From: an uncultured Gemmatimonadales bacterium
GTDB taxonomy: Bacteria > Gemmatimonadota > Gemmatimonadetes > Longimicrobiales > Gaopeijiaceae
Direction: 5' to 3'
DNA length: 64,000 bases
Assembly: GCA_963809895.1 (NCBI GenBank)
Contig: CAWELD010000010.1
Span: 960,001 to 1,024,000 of the forward strand
In this document: positions 1 through 9,944 of the stretch, piece after piece
Position numbering within the stretch: the first letter of the stretch is position 1
Layout: each line of letters opens with the position of its first letter
Notes under the pieces: generated by a model
Database searches by the model: none
What the model was told of the DNA's origin: nothing
What the model saw: the letters and a program-made list of their open reading frames with translations, nothing else
Program-made: the position numbers and the translations under genes

Positions 1-1
1 C

Positions 2-568
2 TGGACGGTGAGCCTCGACCCGGACCCCGACCTCTTCCACTTCCAGAAGCCGGACTCCAGCGACCAGGAGATTCACGTCTCTGTGGAACCCGAGACGGCT
101 GCCCACGTCGAAATGCTGACCTGGACCTTTCCCGCCGTCACCGGAGACGGCGCGGTGGTGGCCATGCGCTGGGGCACCGTCTCGATTCCGCTGCGGGTGG
201 TGGCCCAGCCCACCCAGGCCCCGGAGCTCAGTGACGAGGCCAGGCGGCCCATTGTCGGACGATACGACATGAGCTTCGCTCCGGGTATCGGATGGCCCCC
301 CGAAGGGGTGCTCGAGGTCGTGGAGCGCGACGGCCGCCTGCGGGGCCGGCTCCCGTTCTCCATCCATCCGGGAGACGAGCTCGAGTTCGACCTGGTGCCC
401 GCGGGCCGCGACCGTTTCAGCCCGGGACTCTATCGAAACGGTGCACTCTTCAATATCGAGATGAGCATCACCTTCGAATTCCAGGTCGACGACGGCCATC
501 GGGCCGCCGCGGTGATTCTCCGGGGCATCGAGGGCTCCACCTTCGCGGAGGGGGCACGCGCCCGCTGA
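2..568 (+). CDS. C-terminal part of a DUF2911-like secreted protein (5' end outside window)
   Basis: Frame is open from the window edge (WTVSLDP...HVEMLTWTFP...MRWGTVSIPL), resembling the C-terminal half of DUF2911, followed by an extra domain. Confidence 0.55.
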   Translation, partial: WTVSLDPDPDLFHFQKPDSSDQEIHVSVEPETAAHVEMLTWTFPAVTGDGAVVAMRWGTVSIPLRVVAQPTQAPELSDEARRPIVGRYDMSFAPGIGWPPEGVLEVVERDGRLRGRLPFSIHPGDELEFDLVPAGRDRFSPGLYRNGALFNIEMSITFEFQVDDGHRAAAVILRGIEGSTFAEGARAR

Positions 569-800
569 CGGGAATGGCTTGCTTCGGCGGCTGGTACGGT
601 TCTAGCATCGAGCAGGGCCTCGAAGGTCGGGTACGCCGACCTCGCTCCCGGTCAAAGGCACACCCGGCGTGAGCCGGGGCCGCAAAGTCAGGAGTCTCGC
701 GCACGAGATCGTCCGGCTGCCCGCGAAGTGAAGTTCCGGGCTCGGGAGTGTGCCGCGCGAACGCGCGGGCCGCATATCACTCCAGATGCAGGAGTTCGTC

Positions 801-1793
801 ATGTCTCATCTGACGTTTCGCCGTACCGTCGCCGCGGCGGCGCTCGCCGTTGTGGGTCTAACGGCTTGCGACAGCGGCGACCCCGTGGTTTCAGGGGATT
901 CCACGACCTCGCTGTCCATTCTCCTCACGGACGCGCCCGGGGCGGTCGAAGCGGCCTGGGTCGACATCGACGAGATCTACCTTCAGGGCGGGGGCGGAGG
1001 TCGCCTCACGCTTCTCGACGAGCCCACGGGACTCGTGGAGCTGACCAGCCTGGCCGGGACCACGCGCACGCTCGTCCAGGACATGGACGTTTCGGCCGCC
1101 ACCTACGGACAGCTGAGAATGGTCGTGTCGGCAGCCGTCCTCGAGACCAAGGACGGCGACGTCTACACCATGGGCGGCGCGGAGCACCCCGATGGGCTGG
1201 AAGCCACCGGCGACCTCCAGTGCCCGAGCTGCTCTCAGAGCGGGCTCAAGGTCATCATCCCCGGCGACGACGTGCCGTTGGAAGAGGGCGCCATGGCAGT
1301 GGTGCTGGACTTCGACGTGGCCCAGACCTTCGGCCACAAGGCCGGCAACTCCGGAAAGTGGGTCATGAAGCCGACCATCCACGGCACCCTCGTGGACGAC
1401 GTCAACGGGGACGGCGTCCCCGACCTGGACCAGACCGGCTCGCTCGAGGGGACCGTGGTCCTGGGCACGGACGTCGTGATCCCCCAGTGCCCGGCCGGCA
1501 CCGATCGGAGCCTCACCGACTTCATTCCCATGGCCGTCGCGCAGACGCTGACCGACGGTGACGGCCAGCCCGTGGTCCGGACCGGCGCGGTGAACGAGAG
1601 CGGCGACTTCGCCATCCCCTTCCTGTCGGCCGACACCTACAGCCTGGACTATCAGGCGCAGCTCGACTTCGAGGGCGCTTCGCTGGTGTTCGGCGCCGAC
1701 GTGAGCCCGGCGCAGAGCGCCGTCGCGGACGGACCGGTCACCGGGATCGCCTATACCATCACGTCGGCGACCTGCCAGGTCTCGGGCGGCTGA
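801..1793 (+). CDS. DUF4382-domain lipoprotein
   Basis: GGAG RBS before ATG801; lipobox LTAC; LSILLTDAP, YGQLRMVV, VVLDFDVAQTF and WVMKPTI motifs. Confidence 0.75.
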   Translation: MSHLTFRRTVAAAALAVVGLTACDSGDPVVSGDSTTSLSILLTDAPGAVEAAWVDIDEIYLQGGGGGRLTLLDEPTGLVELTSLAGTTRTLVQDMDVSAATYGQLRMVVSAAVLETKDGDVYTMGGAEHPDGLEATGDLQCPSCSQSGLKVIIPGDDVPLEEGAMAVVLDFDVAQTFGHKAGNSGKWVMKPTIHGTLVDDVNGDGVPDLDQTGSLEGTVVLGTDVVIPQCPAGTDRSLTDFIPMAVAQTLTDGDGQPVVRTGAVNESGDFAIPFLSADTYSLDYQAQLDFEGASLVFGADVSPAQSAVADGPVTGIAYTITSATCQVSGG

Positions 1794-1808
1794 ATATTCA
1801 GGAGCGAC

Positions 1809-3344
1809 ATGGCCCACGATGGCCCGGACCTGGATAACCTTCCGGACCTGACCGCGGGGCTCCCCCTGGACGATCTCGTCGAGGGGGAGCCGGTGCGGGG
1901 CGTGGTGGACGACACCCTCGTGCTGCTCGTCCGGCAGGGAGACGACGTCTTCGCCGTGCAGGGTGAATGTCCGCACTACGGCGGCCCGTTGGCCGACGGT
2001 TGCGTGGGCGAGGGGACCATCCACTGTCCCTGGCATCACGCGGCGTTCGACCTCGCCAGCGGCGCACTGGTGCGGCCTCCCGCGCTCGATCCGCTGCGCC
2101 GCTGGGTCGTCCGCGTCCAGGACGGTGTGGTTCGTGTGGGTGAGGAGATCGACGACACGCCCACCCCCTCGCCGCGCCGGGATCCCGGCGACGTCGTCAT
2201 CGTCGGCGGCGGAGCCGCCGGCACGACCGCGGCTCTGACCTTGCGCCGCCAGGGACACCGGGGCCGGGTGGTGGTGGTGGATGCCGATGCCGATGCGCCC
2301 TACGACCGCCCCAACCTCTCCAAGGACTACCTGGCGGGGTCGGCGCCCGAGGAATGGCTGCCCCTGCGGTCACACGAGGATCTGGCGGGCATGGACATCG
2401 AGTGGGTCCGCGCGCACGTGTCTGGACTACACCTCGATCGTCGTGTGGTCGGGCTGGCCGACGGCCGCGAGCTCGGCTTCGGCGGCCTGGTGCTGGCCCT
2501 CGGGTCGGACGCGCGCCGGCTGTCCCTGGGCGGTTCCGGAGCCGCACGGGTGCGCACCCTCCGGTCGCTGGCCGACTGCAGGGCGTTGCGCCAGGCGGCC
2601 GAGAAGGCGGATCGCGCCGTGGTGGTGGGCGCCGGGTTCCTCGGCATGGAGGCGGCTGCCGCCTTGCGCGCCAGGGAACTGGAGGTCGACGTCGTGGCGC
2701 CGGAGCGCGTGCCGCTCGCGCGGGCGTTGGGTGAGCGGCTCGGCCGCTTTCTCCGCTCGGTGCACGAGGACCACGGCGTTCGCTTCCACCTGGAGCAGAC
2801 GGTGACGGAGGTGACCGAGGACGCGGTGTTGCTCTCGAACGGTGAGCGACTGCCCGCGGACGTGGTCCTGGTCGCCGCGGGAGCCATACCCCGGACCGGA
2901 CTCGCCGAGTCCGCCGGCCTGGCGGTGGAGGGTGGCATCGTCGTGGACCAGAACCTGGAGACGTCCGTCGCCGACGTGTACGCGGTAGGCGACGTCGCCG
3001 CGTACCCGGATCCCGAGGAGGCGTCCCGCCGCATCCGCGTCGAGCACTGGGCCGTGGCCGAGGCCCAGGGTAGACAGGCGGCGCTCAATCTCCTGGGTGC
3101 GGATCGCCCGTTCCATCACGTCCCCTTCTTCTGGACCCAGCATTTCGACGTCGTGGTCGCCCGCTCCGGATTCCCGGGTCCCTGGGACGCGGTGGAGGTG
3201 GACGGGCGCCCGGAGGACGGCGACGGCGCCGTTCGGTACAAACGGAAAGACAGGGACCTCGCGCTGGCTACCGTCTTCCGGGACCGCGACAGCCTGCGCT
3301 GGGAGATGGCTCGGGCGCGAGCGTTGCAGGCGGCGGGCAGGTAG
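1809..3344 (+). CDS. Rieske [2Fe-2S] plus FAD-dependent pyridine nucleotide-disulfide oxidoreductase (AIF/ferredoxin reductase-like)
   Basis: CPHYGGPL and CPWHHAAF Rieske ligands; GGGAAG, YDRPNLSKDYL, GAGFLGME, AVGDVA and RVEHW motifs. Confidence 0.9.
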   Translation: MAHDGPDLDNLPDLTAGLPLDDLVEGEPVRGVVDDTLVLLVRQGDDVFAVQGECPHYGGPLADGCVGEGTIHCPWHHAAFDLASGALVRPPALDPLRRWVVRVQDGVVRVGEEIDDTPTPSPRRDPGDVVIVGGGAAGTTAALTLRRQGHRGRVVVVDADADAPYDRPNLSKDYLAGSAPEEWLPLRSHEDLAGMDIEWVRAHVSGLHLDRRVVGLADGRELGFGGLVLALGSDARRLSLGGSGAARVRTLRSLADCRALRQAAEKADRAVVVGAGFLGMEAAAALRARELEVDVVAPERVPLARALGERLGRFLRSVHEDHGVRFHLEQTVTEVTEDAVLLSNGERLPADVVLVAAGAIPRTGLAESAGLAVEGGIVVDQNLETSVADVYAVGDVAAYPDPEEASRRIRVEHWAVAEAQGRQAALNLLGADRPFHHVPFFWTQHFDVVVARSGFPGPWDAVEVDGRPEDGDGAVRYKRKDRDLALATVFRDRDSLRWEMARARALQAAGR

Positions 3345-3390
3345 TACGGCGGTCCGGCAACGGCTTCGGTACGGCGGCCCTGCAGACGAC

Positions 3391-4632
3391 TCAGCCGCGC
3401 ACCAGCACGAACGAGCTCACCGCCAGCCACGCGAAGATCAACACGGAGAGGAGCCACACCTCCAGGGCGGAGATACGCTGTGTCCCGCGCTCTCCGTGGA
3501 ACCAGGCGATGATCAGGGTGGCCAGCATGCTGGCCGCGAACAGCACCAGGCCGAGCTTGTAGACCATGGGAGGCAGCAGGCCCTGCTGTACGAACTGATC
3601 GATGGCGCTCACTGCCACCCAGCCGGCGGCGATGATGGCCACGGCGAACTGGGGCATGCGCTTGCGGCGCAGAACGTGAAACACGCCTTCCTTCTCGGGC
3701 GCTGACGACGAATCCGGGGCCGCAGAGTGATCTGCGGACGTTGCTCCGCCCGGGGAACTACCGGCTCCGCGCAGGATGGCCCGGGCTTGCTCCGCCACCG
3801 TGCGCGCCGCCGGCCGGTGCGAAGCTTCCGGCGCCATGCAACGGGCGACCAGCTCGTCCAGGGCGGCCGGTACCTCCCGACGCACAGTGCCGACGTGTGG
3901 AGGGCCCTGCGTCCGCAGCTTCTGGAGCGCCCCGATGGCGGTGTCGTTGGCGTAGGGATGGCGCCCCGCCAGGAGTTGGAAGGCGACCACGCCGAGACTG
4001 AAGATGTCCGCGCGGTCGGTGACGGGCTCGCCGAGCTGCTGCTCGGGGCTCGCGTATTCGGCCTTGCCCAGCACCATTCCCGCCGTGGTCAGACGCTCGG
4101 CAGGCGTATCGCCCGATTCCAGGAGTCCGGTGAGGCCGAAATCCGCCAGCATGGCCCGATCGGTGCCCGAGTCCCAGAGCACGTTTCCGGGGCGCACGTC
4201 TCGATGAACCAGCCCCCGTTCGTGGGCCGAGGCCAGCGCTGACGCCAACTGCTCGAGGATGCGGAGCACCTCGTCGACGCCCAGAGCGCCTTCAGCACGG
4301 AGGCGCTCGTCGAGGGTCGGACCCTGCACGTACTGCATGATGAGGTAGGGCAGGCCGTCGGAGAGGGTCGCCACGCCATGCACCGGAACCACGTTGGGAT
4401 GGCTGAGCCGCCCCGACGTCTGCGCCTCTCGCGTGAAGCGGGCGCGGGCCGTGTGATCCTCCGCGAGCTCGGGGTCCAGGACCTTGACGGCCACGAGCCG
4501 CTTCAGGGCCGGTTCGCGGGCGAGGTAGACGCTCGCCACCGCACCGCGTCCGAGCAGGCGTATGACCTCGAGATCCGGGGCCAACTCCTCTCGGACCCGC
4601 TCTTCGAGATTCTCGCTGGAGCCGCGGTCCAT
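3391..4632 (-). CDS. Hanks-type Ser/Thr protein kinase with C-terminal three-TM domain
   Basis: GRGAVASV, VAVKVL, HRDVRPGN, DFG, YASPEQ and DIFSLG motifs; hydrophobic C-terminus. Confidence 0.9.
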   Translation of the reverse strand: MDRGSSENLEERVREELAPDLEVIRLLGRGAVASVYLAREPALKRLVAVKVLDPELAEDHTARARFTREAQTSGRLSHPNVVPVHGVATLSDGLPYLIMQYVQGPTLDERLRAEGALGVDEVLRILEQLASALASAHERGLVHRDVRPGNVLWDSGTDRAMLADFGLTGLLESGDTPAERLTTAGMVLGKAEYASPEQQLGEPVTDRADIFSLGVVAFQLLAGRHPYANDTAIGALQKLRTQGPPHVGTVRREVPAALDELVARCMAPEASHRPAARTVAEQARAILRGAGSSPGGATSADHSAAPDSSSAPEKEGVFHVLRRKRMPQFAVAIIAAGWVAVSAIDQFVQQGLLPPMVYKLGLVLFAASMLATLIIAWFHGERGTQRISALEVWLLSVLIFAWLAVSSFVLVRG

Positions 4633-4737
4633 GCGAGTCTTCCCCTCCTGTCCACGTTGATGCTCGCCGGGCCGGGGACGCCGGGGGGCTGCGGCAAGCT
4701 TGTCAGGAACATGCCGGAATGGCGACCCGAACGGCAA

Positions 4738-4769
4738 GCGCCCCGGCGAAGGAAGTTCCGCCGGGGCGC
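4738..4769 (-). terminator. GC-rich hairpin downstream of nirK, probable terminator
   Basis: GCGCCCCGGCG-N10-CGCCGGGGCGC perfect 11-bp inverted repeat; weak U-tract. Confidence 0.5.
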
Positions 4770-4798
4770 GTCGCCCTTCTCCGATTCGGCGGCCGTCG

Positions 4799-5890
4799 TC
4801 AGTGGACGCCCTCCGTGCCGCCGGCGGCGAAGATGGCCCCTTCGGGCTCGCCGGTGACGTGCAGGATACCCGCCGCGCCCCGATCCGTGGCCCGGAAGAT
4901 GGAGTGGTCGACGAGCTTGTAGTCGCCGGGGACGTCGACTCGAAGCTCGACGATGGCGGCGCCGCCCGCGGGGATGAGCGTGGTCTGCACGTTGTGATTG
5001 GCCGTGCTGCCGGCCTCGGTGTAGACGTTGTCCATGATCTCGCCGATGACGTGGAAGCTCGAGACCAGGTTGGGGCCGCCGTTGCCGACGAAGAGGCGGA
5101 TACGCTCGCCGGTCTTCGCCTGCAGGGCGTTGTCTCCGGTGAGGGACCCGACGCGGCCGTTGAAGATCACGTACTCGGGCCGCTCGGAGACCGCTTTGTC
5201 GTAGTCGAAGTCCTGATGACCCCGTTCGCCGTTCTTGCCGGTCGTGTAGACCTCGCCCTGCATGACGTAGAACTCCCGGTCCACCTCCGGCAGGCCCTCC
5301 TTGGGCTCCACGAGGATCATCCCGTACATGCCGTTGGCGATGTGCATGCCGACGGGCGCCACCGCGCAATGGTAGACGAACAGGCCGGGATTGAGCGCGC
5401 GGAACTGAATCGTGCTCTCCTGCCCGGGGCCCGTGAAGGTGGCCACAGCTCCGCCACCCGGGCCGGACACGGCGTGGAGGTCGATGTTGTGGGCGGCCAT
5501 GGAGTTGGGCGCGTTCTTCAGGTGCAACTCCACCAGATCACCTTCCCGCACGCGAATGAAGCGGCCGGGAACCGTGCCACCGAAGGTCCAGAAGGTGTAG
5601 TCCACGCCGTCGGCCAGGGTGCGCGTGACCTCCTGGGTCTCCAGCTCGACCACCACCTTGGTGGCGTGGTCGCGCGTGATGGGAGCCGGCACGGTGGGCG
5701 GGGCGGTGGGCTCCTCGATCTCCACGCCGACGAGCTCGGGCAGCGCAGGCGCGGCGAGCTCCCGCTCGTTCGCGTTCGCGACGGGGTCGGACGCGCCTCG
5801 GGCGAAGGCTACCAGCGCCGTGGCGGTGAGGGCGATGACGGAGAATGCGGTCGCCAGGCGAAGGAGCCCGGCGCGGTTCTTGGTGCTCAT
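4799..5890 (-). CDS. nirK: Copper-containing nitrite reductase (AniA-like)
   Basis: Signal peptide; [35 protein letters not shown] and LVDHS copper-binding motifs. Confidence 0.95.
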   Translation of the reverse strand: MSTKNRAGLLRLATAFSVIALTATALVAFARGASDPVANANERELAAPALPELVGVEIEEPTAPPTVPAPITRDHATKVVVELETQEVTRTLADGVDYTFWTFGGTVPGRFIRVREGDLVELHLKNAPNSMAAHNIDLHAVSGPGGGAVATFTGPGQESTIQFRALNPGLFVYHCAVAPVGMHIANGMYGMILVEPKEGLPEVDREFYVMQGEVYTTGKNGERGHQDFDYDKAVSERPEYVIFNGRVGSLTGDNALQAKTGERIRLFVGNGGPNLVSSFHVIGEIMDNVYTEAGSTANHNVQTTLIPAGGAAIVELRVDVPGDYKLVDHSIFRATDRGAAGILHVTGEPEGAIFAAGGTEGVH

Positions 5891-6315
5891 GATGCTGCCT
5901 CGAGGGTCGTGGTATCGGAGTCGTCGAGAAGGTCGGCCAGGGTTGTCTCGTGGAAGGGCGCTCTGGCCTGGGCGAGGACGGCCACCCAGCGGGCGTGAGC
6001 CGCGCAGGGACGGGTCTCGTCGCAGGGTCGGTCTCCCATGAGGCAGGTCGTTCGGGGCGTCGGCTCGTCGAGCCGATCCAGGATGTCCGAGACGCGTACC
6101 TGTGCGGGCGCGGACCGGAGGCGATAGCCTCCAGAAGGTCCTCTGCGCCCCTCCAGCAGCCCCCGTGCAGCCAGGATCTGAAGGGTCTTGCCCAGGTAGT
6201 TCCGGGGGGCGCCCAGCGCCTCTGCGATCACGTCGACGCTCACCGGACCGCCATCGTGCTGGCGTGCCAGGTAGAGGACGGCCCGGAGTGCGTGATCAGC
6301 GGTGCGATTCAGCAT
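5887..6315 (-). CDS. Rrf2-family transcriptional regulator with three Cys (probable Fe-S/NO sensor)
   Basis: [24 protein letters not shown]-x6-C-x5-C-x2-H; ATGA overlap with the nirK start. Confidence 0.9.
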   Translation of the reverse strand: MLNRTADHALRAVLYLARQHDGGPVSVDVIAEALGAPRNYLGKTLQILAARGLLEGRRGPSGGYRLRSAPAQVRVSDILDRLDEPTPRTTCLMGDRPCDETRPCAAHARWVAVLAQARAPFHETTLADLLDDSDTTTLEAAS

Positions 6316-6366
6316 GTTGCGCCTGTTCGTCTGTCGTGGGTGCCGCGTTTCGGTCATTTCGCATGT

Positions 6367-6406
6367 GGATATGATACAATTGTCCCGACCCTGCTTCTGT
6401 CGGGAC
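6367..6406. promoter_or_regulatory. Candidate Rrf2 operator plus hairpin upstream of rrf2-nirK
   Basis: Imperfect palindrome GGATA-N9-TGTCC (6367-6385) in an AT-rich patch, overlapping GTCCCGAC-N9-GTCGGGAC (6382-6406). Confidence 0.35.
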
Positions 6407-6571
6407 GAATCCATAGGTCGCGGTGGGGAGATTCCCCACGATCTTCTCGCACGAGGACGTCGTTGCGGGACCCCGGACGCGACGGCCGCACGGCGCAAGG
6501 AACGGTGGACCGGCGACGGGGTGTGAAGAGCCACTTCCAAGTCCGAAACACGCACCCCAGGAGGGGACCCG

Positions 6572-7000
6572 ATGGCGGAAGCCAAGCAAGGCGACAAGGT
6601 GCACATCCACTACACAGGCAAGCTGGCGGACGGTACGGTGTTCGACAGCTCGACCGATCGCGATCCGCTCTCGTTCACGCTGGGCGAGGGCCAGGTCATT
6701 CCGGGCTTCGAAGATGCCGTGAGCGGGATGACCGAAGGAGACAACAAGACGGCCACCATCCCGTCGGATCGTGCGTACGGCCCCCGGCGTGACGAGCTGG
6801 TCCTCACCGTTCCCAGGGAGCAGCTCCCGGACGACATGGAGCCCGAGGTGGGCCAGCAGCTCCGCATGCAGACGGCCGACGGTCAGACCTTCGTGGTCAC
6901 GGTCACCGACACCGACGATTCTTCGCTCGAGGTGGACGCCAACCATCCCCTGGCCGGTCGTGATCTCACCTTCGACATCGAGTTGGTACGGATCGGCTGA
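6572..7000 (+). CDS. FKBP-type peptidyl-prolyl isomerase (SlyD/FkpB-like)
   Basis: HYTGKLADGTVFDSS, VIPGFE and DANHPLAG motifs. Confidence 0.92.
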   Translation: MAEAKQGDKVHIHYTGKLADGTVFDSSTDRDPLSFTLGEGQVIPGFEDAVSGMTEGDNKTATIPSDRAYGPRRDELVLTVPREQLPDDMEPEVGQQLRMQTADGQTFVVTVTDTDDSSLEVDANHPLAGRDLTFDIELVRIG

Positions 7001-7102
7001 TCCGGATGCGCACCGTCCGGGTCCTCGCGCCCGGCCCCGAGCGGCACGGCGGTTGCATCGAAAGGGGTGGCAGCACCGTCGCCACCCCGATCGTCGGACC
7101 GC

Positions 7103-7519
7103 ATGGACACCTGCATTTCCGCGCCGAACAGCATCCACTGGAGCCACACGCCCGATGGCATCCTGGTGCTGCGGTACAGTCGTTTCTGGCCGTCTGCGGT
7201 GGATTTCGCGCGGGTGTGGGACGAGGTCGAGGCCCGGTCCGCCTTCAGCGAGGACGTGCCACTCCTGGTGGATCTGCGTCAGGTGCGCGGCGACGAGTCG
7301 GCCGGCACGGTGCGTCGTTTCGTGGCAGGGCTTCCTGCGCTGGCGCGGCGCATCCCCCAGCGGCGGGCCTACCTCGTCGCGCGGCCGGTGCAATACGGGC
7401 TCGCGCGCATGATCCAGTCCCACGCCGCGCCCCTCCGCCTCGAATCCCGCATCTTCGAGAGGTGGGACGACGCCGTGGACTGGTTGCGGCGTCTGGACGA
7501 GGCGGCGGATCCAGCATAG
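7103..7519 (+). CDS. Hypothetical protein (SpoIIAA/STAS-SEC14-like)
   Basis: LLVDLR, AYLVARPVQYGLARM and IFERWDDAVDWL pattern; fills the intergenic gap. Confidence 0.55.
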   Translation: MDTCISAPNSIHWSHTPDGILVLRYSRFWPSAVDFARVWDEVEARSAFSEDVPLLVDLRQVRGDESAGTVRRFVAGLPALARRIPQRRAYLVARPVQYGLARMIQSHAAPLRLESRIFERWDDAVDWLRRLDEAADPA

Positions 7520-7586
7520 GCTTCCGGGCCTTTTCATTCCGCCGCCCCCGCCAGCGGCTCGGTGTCCGCGACCGGGAGCGATCGAC

Positions 7587-9080
7587 GTGAGCGTGGAGCT
7601 GGAGCGTTACAGGCCCATCATCGACGATTGGGCCTCGTTCGTGGCGGCCGTGAATCGACCGGAGCCCACCACCCTGCGGGTCAACCGCACGCGACTGACC
7701 CGCGACGACCTCGCGGAGCGCCTCCGGGAGCAGGGATTCGAGGTGGCCGCGCTCCCGGGCCAACCGGACTTCTTGCGGGTCCTGCGCGAGCCGTTCGGCA
7801 TCTCCGATACGTTGGAGCATTGGGCGGGCCTGTTCTACATCCAGCAGGCCACCACCGGGTTGGCGGCGCCCCTTCTGGATCCGGGGCCCGGGGAGCGTGT
7901 CCTGGACCTGTGCGCGGCGCCCGGCGGCAAGACCACGCACCTGGCGGAGCTCATGCACGGTCGTGGACCGCTGGTCGCGGCCGAGGTCAACGACGGGCGC
8001 ATCCGGGCGCTCCTGGGCAACCTCTACCGCCTGGGCCACACCAACGTGATGGTCGTGGGAGCCGACGGCCGCACGCTCCCCACCGAAGCCCGCTTTCAGC
8101 GGGTCATGGTCGACGTGCCGTGTTCGGCACAGGGCACGATCCGCAAGAAGGGTGGGCGTCTACCTTCCCGTTCGCGCCGCTTCATGAAGCAGGTGACGCG
8201 GGCTCAGGAGAAGCTCCTGCGGCGGGCCGTGGACCTCACCCTCCCGGGCGGCACCATCCTCTACGTCACCTGCACCTTCGGACCGGAAGAGAACGAGGCG
8301 GTGGTGAGCCGCGTGCTGGCCGACGCTCCGGTGGAGGTGGACCCGTTGGAGCCCCCGGTGCCCCACGCCCGCGGGGTGACGCGTTTCGAAGATGCTCGCT
8401 ACGATCCCCGCCTCGAGGGGGCGGTGCGCCTCTATCCCCATCACCTGGATTCCGGGGGACTTTTCCTGTGCCGACTCCGCCGCCTCGACGATGGCGATCC
8501 CGTGGCGGGTGATCCGGCGGCCGGCTGGCGACCCGTTCCCGACACCTTTCCCGGTGATCCGGCCCCGGACGACCCCTCGCGCGACGTGTCCGCCACCCTG
8601 GAGCTGCTGGCGTCCCACTACGGGGTCGCAGGTGACGTGCTCGCCGATCGCCACTGGATTCGGCGAGGCTCGAACCTGTGGCTCCACGGGTGCGATGCCT
8701 GGCCCATCGAGGATTGGACCCCGGGTGGTCACTGGCGTCTGGTGGCCATGGGGCTGCGAGCCGTGGACCTGGGCGGCGATGGCCCGCCCCGCCCGACCAA
8801 CGATCTGCTCCAGTGGCTCGACGACGCCGTGGTGAAGAATCGCGTGGAGCTTGACGAGCGCGGTTGGCGCGCCCTCCTGGACGGTCGCGGGCCGAGCCTG
8901 GAGGGCGTCGAGCGAGGTCACGTCGCGCTGGCCTTGCGTGGACGAGTCGTGGGATGGGGATTCGTGCGCGACGGTCAGCTCCACTCCCACGTGCCCCGGG
9001 GGCGGGCGAGTTGGCTACGATCCGTGGTGGCGGAGCCGTCGGAGGAGCGTGCGGGCTCCCACGCCGAGGGAGCAGACTGA
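7587..9080 (+). CDS. RsmB/NOP (RsmF-like) RNA m5C methyltransferase
   Basis: FYIQ, VLDLCAAPGGKT, DVPCS and YVTCTFGPEENE motifs. Confidence 0.92.
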   Translation: MSVELERYRPIIDDWASFVAAVNRPEPTTLRVNRTRLTRDDLAERLREQGFEVAALPGQPDFLRVLREPFGISDTLEHWAGLFYIQQATTGLAAPLLDPGPGERVLDLCAAPGGKTTHLAELMHGRGPLVAAEVNDGRIRALLGNLYRLGHTNVMVVGADGRTLPTEARFQRVMVDVPCSAQGTIRKKGGRLPSRSRRFMKQVTRAQEKLLRRAVDLTLPGGTILYVTCTFGPEENEAVVSRVLADAPVEVDPLEPPVPHARGVTRFEDARYDPRLEGAVRLYPHHLDSGGLFLCRLRRLDDGDPVAGDPAAGWRPVPDTFPGDPAPDDPSRDVSATLELLASHYGVAGDVLADRHWIRRGSNLWLHGCDAWPIEDWTPGGHWRLVAMGLRAVDLGGDGPPRPTNDLLQWLDDAVVKNRVELDERGWRALLDGRGPSLEGVERGHVALALRGRVVGWGFVRDGQLHSHVPRGRASWLRSVVAEPSEERAGSHAEGAD

Positions 9081-9102
9081 GACGGCGGGAGCTGGATGGC
9101 TG

Positions 9103-9501
9103 TCAGGTTCGCAGCAGCTCGGCCACGAAGCGCGCGTCGGAAGGCGCCAGCGGGAGCTTGGCCAACTGTCGCGGATCCAGCCAGGCGACGGCGTCGTGCT
9201 CGCGGGGCTCGGGCTCGCCGTCCACTTCCACCTCGAGAAAGTGGATGACGAAGGGGCTCCCGGGGTCGGCGGCGTCGAAGAGCGTGCCCCCCACGGCCCT
9301 CACCCGCAGTCCGAGCTCTTCGGCCAGTTCCCGCCGCGCGGCGGCCGCCAGGTCCTCGCCCGCCAGGAGCTTGCCTCCCGGGAACTCCCAGAGTCCGCCG
9401 TGACGCTTGTGGAGCGGCCGCCGGCCCACGAGGAGTCGCTCGTCTCGCCGGATGACGGCGGCCACCACCAGGATCGGGTCGGAGCTGTCGGGGTAGGGCA
9501 T
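9103..9501 (-). CDS. NUDIX (MutT/NudG-like) hydrolase
   Basis: WEFPGGKLLAGEDLAAAARRELAEELG Nudix box. Confidence 0.9.
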   Translation of the reverse strand: MPYPDSSDPILVVAAVIRRDERLLVGRRPLHKRHGGLWEFPGGKLLAGEDLAAAARRELAEELGLRVRAVGGTLFDAADPGSPFVIHFLEVEVDGEPEPREHDAVAWLDPRQLAKLPLAPSDARFVAELLRT

Positions 9502-9569
9502 GGGCCGCAGGGTGGTGCTTTCCGCGCCCCGAGGCAAGAATCAGGCAGGGATCAACCAAAGGAGCCAGC

Positions 9570-9923
9570 ATGCCGGTCCGCCACGCAAACGAGATCGCCC
9601 GCGAGCCGGTGAACGCCGGCTCGGGCACGGAGCGCCAGATCCTCATCGGGCCGGATCAGGGGCCCCATTTCGCGCTGCGCCGCTTCATCATGCAACCCGG
9701 GGGAGGGATGCCCCGGCACACCAACGAGGTGGAGCACGAGCAGTACGTGATCCGGGGTCGCGCCACCATCGGCATCGGAGACGAGACCTTCCAGGTGAGC
9801 GCCGACGACGTGGTCTACATTCCCGCCGGGGTGCCCCACTGGTACCGGGCGGAGGGCGAGGAGCCCTTCGAGTTCCTGTGCGCGGTGCCCAACAAGGCGG
9901 ACCGGATCCAGGTCCTGGAGTAG
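9570..9923 (+). CDS. Cupin-domain protein
   Basis: PRHTNEVEHEQYV and IPAGVPHWY cupin motifs. Confidence 0.88.
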   Translation: MPVRHANEIAREPVNAGSGTERQILIGPDQGPHFALRRFIMQPGGGMPRHTNEVEHEQYVIRGRATIGIGDETFQVSADDVVYIPAGVPHWYRAEGEEPFEFLCAVPNKADRIQVLE

Positions 9924-9944
9924 CGCTCGTCGGCGTGACTGCCG

